A stretch of DNA of 64,000 nt from Anaeramoeba ignava BMAN (Eukaryota > Protista > Anaeramoebae), in NCBI GenBank assembly GCA_028826165.1, contig JAPDFW010000005.1, positions 1 to 64,000 on the forward strand. The letters are read 5' to 3'. The notes beneath the pieces are model-generated. The model had not been told where the DNA came from. It did not search any database and saw only the letters and a list, made by a program, of their open reading frames with translations. Every line of letters begins with the position of its first letter. The first letter of the stretch is position 1. The translations under genes were made by a program, and so were the position numbers. Shown here piece after piece: positions 25,253 through 38,929 of this stretch.

Positions 25253-28181
25253 ATGAATCTTTAAAAAAAAATCAAATCAATTTCAAAATCAAAATAAAAA
25301 ATCAAAAATCAAAATCAAAATCAAAATCAAAATCAAAAATCAAAATAAAAAAATCAAAAATCAAAATCAAAATCAAAATCAAAATCAAAATCAAAATCAA
25401 AATCAAAATCAAAATCAAAATCAAAATCAATTTAAAAATCAAAATCAAAATCAAAATCAAAATCAAAATCAAAATCAAAATCAAAATCAAAATCAAAATC
25501 AAAATCAAAATCAAAATCAAAATCAAAATCAAAATCAATTTAAAAATCAAAATCAATTCAAAAATCAAAATCAAATTCAAAATCAAAATCAAAATCAAAA
25601 TCAAAATCAAAATCAAAATCAAATTCAAAATCAAATTCAAAATCAATTTAAAAATGATTCTGATTCTCAAAAAATTTGCATTTCAAAAGTTGCACAAAAA
25701 CTAAGAAATTATTCACAAAAATTTAGAAGGAAATCTTTTCCTCATCTTTCAAAACCAATAAAAATTCCAAAAGCAAAATCTTCTAAATCCTTAGTTAAAC
25801 ATCTTTCTCTCAAACAAAATGAAAATGGAAAACAAAATCAACTTAAGTTAAAATCAATTCAAAATCTTCAGAAAATATTAAAAGATGGACTTCAACAAAT
25901 TAAACAAATTATTGATACTCAACATCAAATTATTCCCACAGAAATTGTTAATTCAGTTCCTGAAAATGAAAACACTAAAGGATTAGTTAATGTTTTATCA
26001 GATCAACAACTTAAATTTATTCGAGGATTTTTAATAGAAATTGATTTAGAAAATGAAGAGAATCAAAATAGAAAAGAAATTGAACAAGATGACCCTGAAT
26101 ATTTTGAAGAGTTTCAAGGTTTAGAAAATTTGGTTGTTAAAGAAGAAGATTTTGATTATCTTGATTTTGATGAGAATGAAAATGTTAATTATGAAAATGG
26201 TGAAAATAAAGTTTATGATGATGAAAATTATCAAGAAAATCAAGAAAATCAAGAATATCAAGAAAATCAAGATTTGAATTTTTATTATGATGAAGATGGT
26301 AATTGTTACTATTGTGACGAAAATGGAAATTATTATTATTATGATGAAAATGGAAATTATTATTATTTTGATGAAAATGGAAATTATTATGATGAGAATG
26401 GATATTATTATGATCAAAATGAAAATGAAAATGAAAATGAAAATGAAAATGAAAATGAAAACAAAATGAAAATCAAAATGAAAATGAAAATGAAAATGAA
26501 TATGAAAATGAAAATGAAAATGAAAATCAATATGAATATCCAGAAAATTATCAAGAATATCAAAATTATGAAGAATATCAAAATTATAAAGAATACCAAA
26601 ATAATGAAGAATATCAAAATAATGAAGAATATCAAAATAATCAAGAATATCAAAATAATGAAGAATATCAAAATAATCAACAATATCAAAATAATGAACA
26701 ATACCAAAATAATCAAGAATATCAAAATAATGAAGAATATCAAAATAATGAAGAATATCAAAATAATCAACAATATCAAAATAATGAAGAATATCAAAAT
26801 AATGAACAATACCAAAATAATCAAGAATATCAAAATTATGAAGAATATCAAAATAATCAAGAATATCAAAATAATGAAGAATATCAAAATAATGAAGAAT
26901 ATCAAAATAATGAAGAATATCAAAATAATGAAGAATATCAAAATAATGAAGAATATCAAAATAATCAACAATATCAAAATAATGAACAATACCAAAATAA
27001 TCAAGAATATCAAAATTAATGAAGAATATCAAAATAATGAAGAATATCAAAATAATGAAGAATATCAAAATAATGAAGAATATCAAAATAATCAACAATA
27101 TCAAAATAATGAAGAATATCAAAATAATCAACAATATCAAAATAATGAACAATACCAAAATAATCAAGAATATCAAAATAATGAAGAATATCAAAATAAT
27201 CAAGAATACCAAAATAATGAAGAATATCAAAATAATGAAGAATATCAAAATAATGAAGAATATCAAAATAATGAAGAATATCAAAATAATGAAGAATATC
27301 AAAATAATGAAGAATATCAAAATAATGAAGAATATCAAAATAATGAAGAATATCAAAATAATCAACAATATCAAAATAATCAACAATATCAAAATAATGA
27401 AGAATATCAAAATAATCAAGAAAACAAATATCAAACTGAAAATGAATATCAAGAAAACCAATATCAAAATCAAGAAAATGATTATCAATACCAATACCAA
27501 TACCAATATCCAGAAAATTATCAAGAAAATCAAAATCACGAAAATCAATACCAAGAATATATAAAAGATGAAAATCAAAGTGATTATTCAAATTATTGGC
27601 AATCAAACCAAAATTTAGAAGAAATTGAAGGAGAAAATGAAGAACTTAAAATGTACCAAGATTATTATGAAAATTCTCAAAATGAAAATCAATTAATACA
27701 ACGTGATGAATCTGAAAGTGTTGATGAAAAATACAGACAAAAATTAATGCAGAAAATTTTATCCATTTTTGAAACACCAAATATTCAATATCAAAGTAAT
27801 TTATTCCAATTTAAACCGATTGAGAACTTTTATGACGGAGATTTAAATTCAAATTTTCGTAAAATGACAAAAAGAATCAATTTACCAAAAGCTTTTCAAA
27901 AACTAGAAGAAAAAAATGAAAATATTAGAAATCAAATTGAAAGTAAATTTTCTTATTTAAATTCAAATTCAGATTCACTTGATCTTTATGAACAAGCAAA
28001 ACTTGAGATGGAATTATTTATTCATCAACAAGAATTAGATTGGAATAATATTAAATCTCAAACATTAAAATTATCTGAAAACATTATCGAAACTTCTAAA
28101 TTGAGAAAAAGATATGGAATTCAAAAAGAAAATCAAAAATCAGAAAAAGGAAATATAGAAAAAGAAGAAAATCAAAAATGA
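25253..28181 (+). CDS. Uncharacterised low-complexity protein with (QN)n, YYYDENGN and EYQNNE repeats; start uncertain
   Basis: The frame is open from about 25400 ([24 protein letters not shown]) into ORF 26130-28181. The KIMKNI stretch is the EYQNNE repeat read out of frame between two compensating slips. No clean in-frame ATG was found. Confidence 0.6.
26540..27420 (+). repeat. Coding 18-bp tandem repeat (GAATATCAAAATAATGAA; EYQNNE), about 48 copies
   Basis: Seen directly, with E/Q variants. Confidence 0.95.
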
Positions 28182-28189
28182 AGAAAAAT

Positions 28190-29340
28190 CAAATCAATTT
28201 AATTTTCAAATCAATATTTAATTTAATATTCAAATCAATATTTAATTTAATATTCAAATCAATATTCAAATCAATATTTAATTTAATATTTAATTTAATA
28301 TTCAAATCAATATTCAATATTTAATTCAATTCAATTCAATTTAATATTTAATTCAATTTAATATTTAATATTTAAATCAATTCAAATCAATATTTAATAT
28401 TCAATTCAATTCAATTCAAATCAATTTAATATTTCAATATTCAAATCAATATTCAATTCAATATTCAATTCAATATTCAATTCAATATTCAAATCAATAT
28501 TCAATTCAATATTTAATTTAATTTAATATTTAATTCAATTCAATATTTAATCAATTCAATATTCAAATCAATATTCAATTTAATATTTAAATCAATATTT
28601 AATTTAATATTTAATTTAATATTCAAATCAATTCAAATCAATATTCAATTCAATATTCAATTCAATTCAATATTCAATATTCAATTCAATATTTAATATT
28701 TAATATTCAAATCAATTTAATAATCAATTTAATATTCAAATCAAATCAATTTAATATTCAATATTCAAATCAATTCAAATCAATTTAATATTCAATATTC
28801 AAATTCAATATTCAAATCAATTTAATTTAATATTCAAATCAATTCAAATCAATATTCAATTTAATATTCAAATCAAATCAATTTAATATTCAATTTAATA
28901 TTCAATTCAATATTCAAATCAATATTCAAATCAATATTCAAATCAATATTCAAATCAATATTCAATATTCAATATTCAATTCAATATTCAAATCAATATT
29001 TAAATCAATTTAATATTCAAATCAAATCAATTTAATATTTAATTTAATATTTAAATCAATATTCAAATCAATATTTAATTCAATTTAATATTCAATTTAA
29101 TATTCAATTTAATATTCAATATTCAAATCAATTCAAATCAATATTCAAATCAATATTCAAATCAATATTCAAATCAATATTCAATTTTTAAATCAATTCA
29201 ATTCAATATTCAATTTAAAATCAATATTTAATATTTAAATCAAATCAATTTAATATTCAAATTAATATTCAATTCAATATTTAAATCAATTTAATTTAAT
29301 ATTCAATTCAATATTCAAATCAATATTCAATTTAAAATCT
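28190..29340. repeat. Intergenic degenerate AATATTCAA(A/T)TC-type minisatellite
   Basis: About 1.15 kb lacking G on the + strand, lying between a stop codon and the next promoter; no GT donor. Confidence 0.85.
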
Positions 29341-29574
29341 AATCAAAAAAAAAAAATCCAAAAAAATTGTTTTTGATCAAATAAGTTATTTTTCATTTTT
29401 CATTTTTTTTTTTTGAATAAAATTGTTTTTTATTTTTTAATTGAAAAATTTTTATTTCTTTTTGTTTTAATTTGTTTTTAAAAAAAAGAGAAAAAAATTA
29501 AAATTTTTTTTTTCATTTTTCATTTCATTTTTTTTTTTAAATTTATTTCAATAAAAAGAAAAGAAAATAAATAA

Positions 29575-32500
29575 ATGACAGAAGAAGATTCAAAAAAACC
29601 AAAAAATTTATCTTTTATCACACAATTTACAGAAAAATTTGAAGATCCTTCAACCACAAAATTTGAAGTTAATGAAACAGCAAAAGATTTTTTAGAAACA
29701 ATTCAAACGGCAATAAAATTAAAAGATCGAATTTATGTTTTAGATTTTTTAAAATCAGTTGAAAAAACACAATTTTCATTTTTATTAAATAAAAAAATAT
29801 TGGAAATTTTAAATCAATGGTTAAAAGAAGGAAAAGAAAAAAAAAGAGTTGCTTTAATTATTCAAATGTTAGAGCTTTTTTGTCAAATTTCTTGGAATAA
29901 AAAAATCCTTTCTCAAACAAAAATTAAAGAAGAAATTCAAGATATGAATAATTTTCTTGTGGAAAAAAATGTTGGAAAAAAAAGCAAATTAGAAATTGAA
30001 AATTTTTCTGAAAAACTTTTAAAAATTTTTGAAAATGAAGATGAAGAAAAAAATGTTTTGAATGAAAATGGGAAAAAAAGAACAAAAAAAAGGAAAGAAA
30101 AATCAAAAGAAAAATCAAAAGAAAAATCAAAAGGAAAAAAGAAACATAAAACAAAAACAAAATCAAAATCAAAACCAAAACAGAAAAAAATATCAAAAAA
30201 GCAAGAAATTGATCAAAATATCCAAAATATCGATGAATTCGATGAAAATGTTGAAATAACAACAATAATAAATGAAAATATTGAAATGGATCAAGAAGAA
30301 AATCAAATTCAAATTCAAAATCAAAATCAAATTCAAATTCAAAATCAAATTCAAAATCAAGAAGAAATTCTAAATCATAAAAAAGAATATTCTGGAAGGA
30401 AAATAAACGAATTTCAAGATCACAAAAATATTTATGAAGAAGAAAAAAGGATGAAGAAAGAAATATTATCAAATGAACGGGATAAAAAAAAAGATAATTA
30501 TAAAGAAATAAAAAGGATTAGATCACTAAAAAGTAAAATATTATATAAAATATTATAATAAAATATTATTTAAAATATTATTTAAAATATTATTTAAAAT
30601 ATTATTTAAAATATTATATAAAATATTATAATAAAATATTATTTAAAATATTATTTAAAATATTATTTAAAATATTATATAAAATATTATTTAAAATATT
30701 CAATAAAATATTATATAAAATATTATATAAAATATTATTAAAATTTATAAAAATATTATATAAAATATTATATAAAAATATTATATAAAATATTATATTA
30801 TAAAATATTATATAAAATATTATTTAAAATATTATTTAAAATATTATAATAAAAATATTATATAAAATATTATATAAAATATTATATAAAATATTATATA
30901 AAATATTCAATAAAATATTATTTAAAATATTCAATAAAATATTATTTAAAATATTATTTAAAAATATTATATAAATTATATAAAATATTATATAAAATAT
31001 TATTTAAAATATTCAATAAAATATTCAATAAAATATTCTATAAAATATTATAATAAAATATTCAATAAAATATTCAATAAAATATTATATAAAATATTAT
31101 TTAAAATATTCAATAAAATATTATAATAAATATTATTTAAATATTATTAAAATATTATTTAAAATATTATTTAAAATATTATTTAAAATATTATATAAAA
31201 TATTATATAAAATATTATTCAAAATATTATAATAAAATATTATTCAAAATATTATTAAAAAATTTTATATAAAAATTTAAAAATATTCATTAAAATATTC
31301 ACCTTTTATTTTTTTTTAAAAAAAAGGAAATTCACAAAAATCAAAAAAAACAGTAACTTGGGCTCCTGATCCACAACTAGAGAAAATCATTTCATATGAA
31401 ATATCAGATACTCAACAAAGATATCAAAGGCAAATTTTACTAGAATTTAACACAGCATTAAGGATGGATCAACTCAACGAAAAGAATTTATTATTAAGAC
31501 ATATAAATCAAGGAGGATTTTCACCAATAAATAAATATCCAATAACTTGGGGAACAATTTTTTCAATAAAAAAATCAAGTTTAGTTTTACATTTTAAACA
31601 TGGAGAATCAAGTGAAGAAAAACAGAAGCAAGAAAAAAGAGAATCAGAAGCTCTTGGTATTTTTTATTTTTCAGAATCAGATATCCCATTTTCTCCAGCT
31701 GAACCTGATCTATTGGAAGAAAAAAATCTTAAAAAATTAAAATCAAAACAAACTATTCGAATTCCTTGGGATTTTGAAAATGAAAAATTTTCTCAACTTC
31801 TTGATAAATTTACACAAGATCCAAAATTATCTGAAAAACTTTCAACTTTACTTCAATCAACTGATAATTCCAAATCAAATTCAAATCCAAATCCAAATCC
31901 AAATCAAACTCAAAATCCAAATCAAACTCAAAATTCAAATCAAAATCAAAATTTAAATCAAATTTCAAATTCATTTATAAATACTCAAAATCAAAATATT
32001 CAACTTCCATTAGATAAATCTGGAATTCAAACAATGCCTCCTTTTCCTTTTGGTTTTCAATTTAACCCTCAATTACAACCCCAATTTAATACCCAATTCA
32101 ATACTCAATTCAATACTCAATTTAATACTCAATTTAATACTCAATTTAATGCTCAATTTAATGCTCAATTTAATACTCAATTCAATACTCAATTACAACC
32201 TCAAATAAATCCTCAAAAAATTTCAAACAATCAACCAAATAACCAAAATTTTCTTCCTTCATTTACTCAACAACTTGTTTCTATGGGTTATACACCACAA
32301 CAAATAGCTCAATTTCAACAACAATTTCAAAATTCAAATCAAATTCAAATTCAAAATCAAATTCAAAATTTAAATTCAAATTCAAATCCAAATTCAAATC
32401 CAAATCAAAATTCAAATCAAAATCCAAATCAAAATCCAAATCAAAATCCAAATCAAAATTCAAATCCAAATCAAAATTCAAATCCAAATCCAAATCCAAA

Positions 32501-33050
32501 TCCAAATCAAATTCAAAATAAAAATTCAAATTTTGATCTAAATGAAATTTTGAATAAAATACAAATTCAAAATACAAATCAAAAACAAGATCAAAATAAA
32601 AATAAAAATCCCAATTCAGTACTTGATTTCAATCAATTTTTAAATCAAATAAAAAATCCCAATCAAAATTCAAATTCAAATTCAAATCCAAATCCAAATC
32701 CAAATCCAAATCCAAAATTAATTTTAAATCAAAATTTTGATATCAATCAATTTTTAAATCAAAATCAAAATCAAATTGAAAATCAAAATCAAAATCAAAA
32801 TCAAAATCAAAATCAAAATCAAAATCAAAATCAAAATCATAATCAAAATCATAATCAAAATCATAATCATAATCAAAATCAAAATCATAATTACAAAACA
32901 TCACCACAAAAAAATTATAAAGAAAAATCTTTTCAAAATAAACCAAACCAATTTTATAAGAATAATTATAGTCCAAATAGAGGAAGAGGAAGAGGAAGAG
33001 GAAGAGGAAGATTTTTTAGAGGAAGAGGAAATTCAGAAAAAATAAATTAG
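29575..33050 (+). CDS. PPP1R10: PNUTS/PPP1R10-like PP1 nuclear targeting subunit
   Basis: TFIIS-N-like domain (LEILNQWLKE). After intron 30533-31326 comes the RVxF motif KKTVTWAPD, then SEEKQKQEKRE..SPAEPD and a C-terminal RG repeat, in the same order as PNUTS. Confidence 0.75.
30540..31290. repeat. Intronic 12-bp minisatellite (AAAATATTAT[TA]T)n
   Basis: Fills the PNUTS-like intron. Confidence 0.92.
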
Positions 33051-33151
33051 TTTATTTTTAATTAAAAAAAATCAAAATTCAACAAATTTTTTCATTCTTT
33101 TTTTGTAAAAAAACAACTTTACAAAAAAAAAAATAATAAAAACAAAAACAA

Positions 33152-33197
33152 ATTTTTTTCATTTTTCATTTTTCATTTTTTTCATTTTTTTCCATTT
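33152..33197 (+). promoter_or_regulatory. Tandem TTTTTCAT Inr-like array upstream of PHS1
   Basis: Four to five copies directly before ATG 33201. Confidence 0.65.
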
Positions 33198-33200
33198 AAA

Positions 33201-35131
33201 ATGAATTCCAAAAAAACAAATCAAAAAAATTTAACTTTTTCAAATAAATATTTAGCTTTTTATAATGGAATTATGTTAATTGGTTGGTAAATAGAAAATT
33301 TATAACAACAAAATTTATTTAAATATTATTTATTTAAATATTATTTATTTAAATATTATTTATTTAAATATTATTTATTTCAATATTATTTATTTAAATA
33401 TTATTTATTTCAATATTAATTATTTCAATATTATTTATTTAAATATTATTTATTTCAATATTATTTATTTCAATATTAATTATTTCAATATTATTTATTT
33501 CAATATTATTATTTCAATATTTATTTCAAATTAACTTTAAATATTATTTATTTTAAATATTATTTGTTTCAATATTATTTATTTTAAATATTATTTATTT
33601 TCAATATTATTTATTTAAATATTACTTATTTCAATATTATTTATTTAAAATATTATTTTATTTTAAATATTATTTATTTAAAAATTTAATTTTATTTTAA
33701 AACATTTTATTTCAATATTATTTATTTAAATAAATTCATTTCAATATTTTTATTTCAATATTATTTATTTCAATATAATTTATTTTAAACTATTATTTGT
33801 TTCAAGTTTTTTTATTTTAAATTTATTTATTTCAATATTTATTTCAATATAATTTATTTCAATATTATTTATTTAAATATTATTTATTTAAATATTATTT
33901 ATTTAAATATTATTTATTCCAATATTATTTATTCCAATATTATTTATTTCAATATTATTATAAAAGGTCAATTATTTTTGGAAAAGGAGCAACATATTTT
34001 TTATTGGGAAAGTCACCTTTTGAAATTTACAAATTAGTGAAGATGGAATTATTTATATTTCAAACAGGAGCAATTTTAGAAATAATTCATTCGTTACCAT
34101 TTATTTCACTTGTTTCTTCACCTTTATTTTCAACTTTTATTCAAGTTTTTTCACGCGTTTTTTTAATTTGGGGAATTTTAAATGTTACTGAAAAACCAAA
34201 AAATTCACCTTTTTTTATTTCTTTAATTCTTGCTTGGTCTCCAAGTGAAATTATAAGATATTCTTATTATCTTATAAGAGCTTTAAAGAAAGAAATTAAT
34301 ATTGTAACTTGGTTAAGGTTATTTATTTAAAATTAAAATCAAAATCAATTTAAAATTAAATTAAAATTAATTTAAACTAAATCAAATCAAATCAAATCAA
34401 ATTAAATTCAAATAAAATTAAAATTAAATTCAAATTAAATAAAATTAAAATAAAATTAAAATTAAATTAAATTCAAATCAAAATTCAATTCAAATTAAAT
34501 TAAAATCAAATTAAATTCAAATTAAATTATAATTAAATCCAAATTAAATTAATTAATTCAAATTAAATCAAATCAAATTCAAATTAAATCAAATCAAAAT
34601 CAAATTAAATAAAATTAAAATAAAATTAAAATTAAATCAATTCAAATTAAATTAATTAAATTAAATTAAAATTAAAATTAAATCAAATTAAATTAAATCA
34701 AAATCAATTTAAAATTAAAATCAAATTAAATTCAAAATTAATTCAAATCAATTTAAAATTAAAATCAAATTAAATTCAAATTAAATCAAATTAAATAAAA
34801 TTAAAATCAAAATCAAATTAAATCAATTCAAATCAAATTAAAATCAAAATCAAATTAAATTATAATTAGATATTCTTTGTTTATTGTTTTATATCCAATC
34901 GGAGTAGTAAGTGAAATTATGAGTATTATAAATTCACTTCCAGAAACTCGAGAAAAAAAAATATTCCAAATTAAAATAACTGAATCATTTAATTTTGAAT
35001 ATTCTCATTTATGCATTGGAATTGCTGTTTCTTATGTAATGGGATTCTCAAAACTTTATTTATATATGTTAAATCAAAGAAGAAAACACTTTAAAAATGA
35101 AAAACAAAACCAAAAACAAAAACAAAAATAA
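33201..35131 (+). CDS. PHS1: Very-long-chain 3-hydroxyacyl-CoA dehydratase (HACD/PHS1/PTPLA)
   Basis: Exons 33201-33286, 33967-34317 and 34870-35131. Motifs FQTGAILEIIH, QVFSR, AWSPSEIIRYSYY, WLRYSLFIVLYPIGVVSE (catalytic Y/E) and a C-terminal KxKxx. Confidence 0.95.
33310..33960. repeat. Intronic 15-bp minisatellite (AATATTATTTATTT[AC])n
   Basis: Fills HACD intron 1. Confidence 0.9.
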
Positions 35132-35393
35132 TTTTTCAATTCAATCCAAAATTTAATTCAAATCAATCCAAAAAAAATTTTTTTTTCATTCCACTTTTTT
35201 TTTTTTTTGCTTTTTCAAATAAAAAATAAAAAATAATTTTAATTTTTCAATTTATTTTTTTTTTCTTTAAAAGAAATTATGAAAATAATGAATAGTTTTC
35301 ATTTTATTATTAATTATAATTCTTCTTATATTTTTTTTTCCTTTCATTTTGAAATTAGAAAATATAATGTTAATTTTATATAATTTTAATTTA

Positions 35394-38300
35394 TCAAAAA
35401 TTATCTTTTTCCTAAATAAATTAAAAATTAAAAATTAAAAATTAAAAATTAAAAATTAAAAATTGAATTTTAAATAATTTTTCTTTTACATTTCTTCTAG
35501 AAATTTTAGAAATAAAATTTTTTTTGGCTTTAACTTTTTTCTTTGGTTTTTCTTCAATAATATTTGCTTGAACTGGTTGTGATTGACTTCTAATAATTAC
35601 AGGTGATTTTATTTTAATATTTTCATTCATATTTCCAAATTCATTTGCAATTAAAAAATTTCTATTTAAATTTGAATTTTGATTTGAGTTTTGATTTAAA
35701 TTCATTTCAATTTCTTTTTTTTCTTGAATGTTTTGATTTTGGTTTTCATTTGGATTTAAATTTGTTTCAATTTTTAAATGTTGAAATGTTTCTTGAATTT
35801 TTAAATTATTTTTTTTTGATTCCTTCTAAAAAATATTTGTTATATTTTTTTTGATTAATTCTTAATTGAATTGAATTGAAAAAAAAAAGGATAAAAAACC
35901 TTTTCTAATTCCGTCCAAGAAAAGACATAATCATAAACAAATCCTTCGTGAATAAATAAATCACGAAAAAGTTTTCTTAAATAAGTATAATCAGGTTTTT
36001 CATCAAAACCAAGATTTCGAGTATAATTTAAGTAAGTAGCAAATTCAGCTTTTAATTTTAATTTTAATATTAATTTTATAAATGAATTTTAATTTTATAA
36101 ATGAATTTGAATTTGAATTTAATTTGAATTTAATTTAATTTTAATTTTAATTTAATTTAATTTAATTTAATTTAATTTAATTTGAATTTTAATTTAAATT
36201 GAATTTTTGATTTTTAATTTGATTTAATTTAATTTAATTTAATTTGGATTTAATTTGAATTTGAATTTGAATTTAATTTAATTTTAATTTAAATTTGATT
36301 TGATTTGATTTGATTTAATTTGAATTTGATTTGATTTAATTTGAATTGAATTTAATTTTAATTTGAATTTGAATTTTAATTTTATAATTTGAATTTTTTA
36401 ATTTTATTTGAATTTAATTTAATTTAATTTAATTTAATTTAATTTAATTTTTGATTTTAATTTAATTTAAGTTTAATTTAAATTTGAATTTTGAATTTGG
36501 AATTTGAATTTAATTTGAATTTAATTTAATTTGATTTGGAATTAATTTAATTTGATTTAATTTGAATTTAATTTGATTTTAATTTGATTTTAATTTAATT
36601 TGAATTTAATTTGAATTTAATTTGAATTTAATTTGATTTTAAATTTAATTTGATTTTGAATTTAATTTGAATTTAATTTGATTTAATTTGATTTTGAATT
36701 GAATTTGATTTAATTTAATTTTTTGATTTTGATTTTGAATTTTTTGAATTTTAATTTAATTTAATTTTGAATTGAATTTTAATTTGAATTTGAATTTGAT
36801 TTTGAAATTAATTTAATTTAATTTGAAATTTGAAAATTTAATTTAAAATTTAATTTAAATCAAAATTTGATTTTTAATTTGGATTTAATTTGATTTAATT
36901 TGAATTTAATTTGAATTTAATTTGAATTTAATTTGATTTGAATTTAATTTGAATTTGAATTTGATTTGATTTGATTTAATTTGATTTGAATTTAATTTTA
37001 ATTTGATTTTAATTAATTTGGATTTGAATTTGAATTTGGATTTAATTTGAATTTGATTTAATTTAAATTTTGAATTTGAATTTAAATTTGAAATTGAATT
37101 TAATTTGAATTTAATTTGGATTTAATTTGATTTGAATTTGGATTTAATTTGAATTTAATTTGAATTTAATTTGATTTAATTTGATTTTGAAATTTAATTT
37201 GATTTTAATTTGATTTGATTTTTAAAATTTAATTTGAATTTGAAATTGAATTTGATTTAATTTGATTTTATTTAATTTGATTGAATTTGAATTTGATTTA
37301 ATAATTCCTTCATATACAAGGAAGATCTTTGCATAATTCTTCAACATTTGTTGATATTTTCTTTTCAGAAATTTTATCATATTTTTGTTTCTTTGTTCCA
37401 CCTCTAATTCCTTGCCAAGGTAAAGAACCTTTTAAAAAATAAATAAAAACATAACCTAAACTTTCTAAATCATCTCTTCTACTTTGAGCTATTTATATTG
37501 ATTTTAATTTTGATTTTAATTTTGATTTTAATTTTAATTTTAATTTTAATTTTAATTTTAATTTTAATTTTAATTTTAATTTTAATTTTAATTTTAATTT
37601 TAATATTAATTTTAATTTTAATTTTAATTTTAATTTTAATTTTAATTTTAATTTTAATTTTAATTTTAATTTTAATTTTAATTTTAATTTTAATTTTAAT
37701 TTTAATTTTAATTTTTAATTTTAATTTTAATTTTAATTTTAATTTTAATTTATAATTTGAATTTGAATTTTAATTTTAACCAATTCCAAGATGTGTGTTA
37801 ATTGAAACATATCTTGCTGTTCCTGTTAATTTCTTGTTTTCTTGATAAAGAATATGCTTTAATGTTTTTGGATTCCTATATTTTTTTGATAATCCAAAAT
37901 CAATCACAAAAATTTGATTTGCTTTTTTCTCTCTTCCAATTAAAAAATTATCAGGTTTAATATCACGATGAATAAAATTTTTAGAATGAATATATTCCAA
38001 TCTTGATATCTGATTTTGATTTTAATTTTAATTTTAATTTTAATTTTGATTTTAATTTTAATTTTAATTTTAATTTTAATTTTAATTTTAATTTTTATTT
38101 TAATTTTGATTTTAATTTTGATTTTAATTTTGAATTTTGATTTTAATTTTAAATTTTAGTTTTAATTTTATAAATGAATTTTTAATTTTAAATGAATTTT
38201 AATTTTGATTTTAATTTTATAAATTAATATTAATAATTTTAAATTTTGATTTTAATTTTAATTTTAATTTTAATTTTAATTTTAATTTTAATTTTAATTT

Positions 38301-38849
38301 TAATTTTTATTTTGATTTTATTGAATTTTGATTTTTAATAGAAATAATTTACTAATTGATCTGCAATCATTAAAATAGTTTTTAAAGAAAATTTTCTAGA
38401 ACATGAATTGAACAAATCTTCAAGAGTTGGACCAAGTAAATCCATTATCATTACATTAAATTCACTTTCAATTCCAAACCACCTAACATACGGTATCCCT
38501 ACACCTCCAGATAAAGTTCTATATACCTTACTTTCATATGATAATTGTGGATGTTTATTATTAAGACTCTCCTAAATAATTATTTAATTTAATTTCAAAT
38601 TATATTTCCATTTTCCATTTGGATTTTAGTTAAATTTTTAAAATTAATTTTCATTGATTTAATTTTATTTAAATTTTTTAATTTAATTTTTTTAAAACAA
38701 AATTCTCATGTTTTTAAATTTTGGTTTTTTACAAGTTTTATTGCTACTTCTTCTTTTGTTGATACATTAAATCCTTCATAAATTACTCCAAATGATCCTG
38801 CACCAATTTTTCTCTCTAAACGATATTTATTTCCAACTCGCAAACTCAT
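35394..38849 (-). CDS. CK1: Casein kinase 1 family Ser/Thr kinase (multi-exon; last exon uncertain)
   Basis: [72 protein letters not shown] and FDEKPDY. Introns include 36049-37317, 37489-37780 and 38010-38352. Confidence 0.97.
36055..37300. repeat. Intronic degenerate 5-6-bp repeat (sense AAATT/AAATC/AAATTC)
   Basis: Fills the largest CK1 intron. Confidence 0.9.
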
Positions 38850-38929
38850 CAAATTAAATTTAAAATTAAAAAATTAAAAAATTAAAAAATTAAAAAAATT
38901 AAAAATGAAAAAAATTAATTTAATATAAT

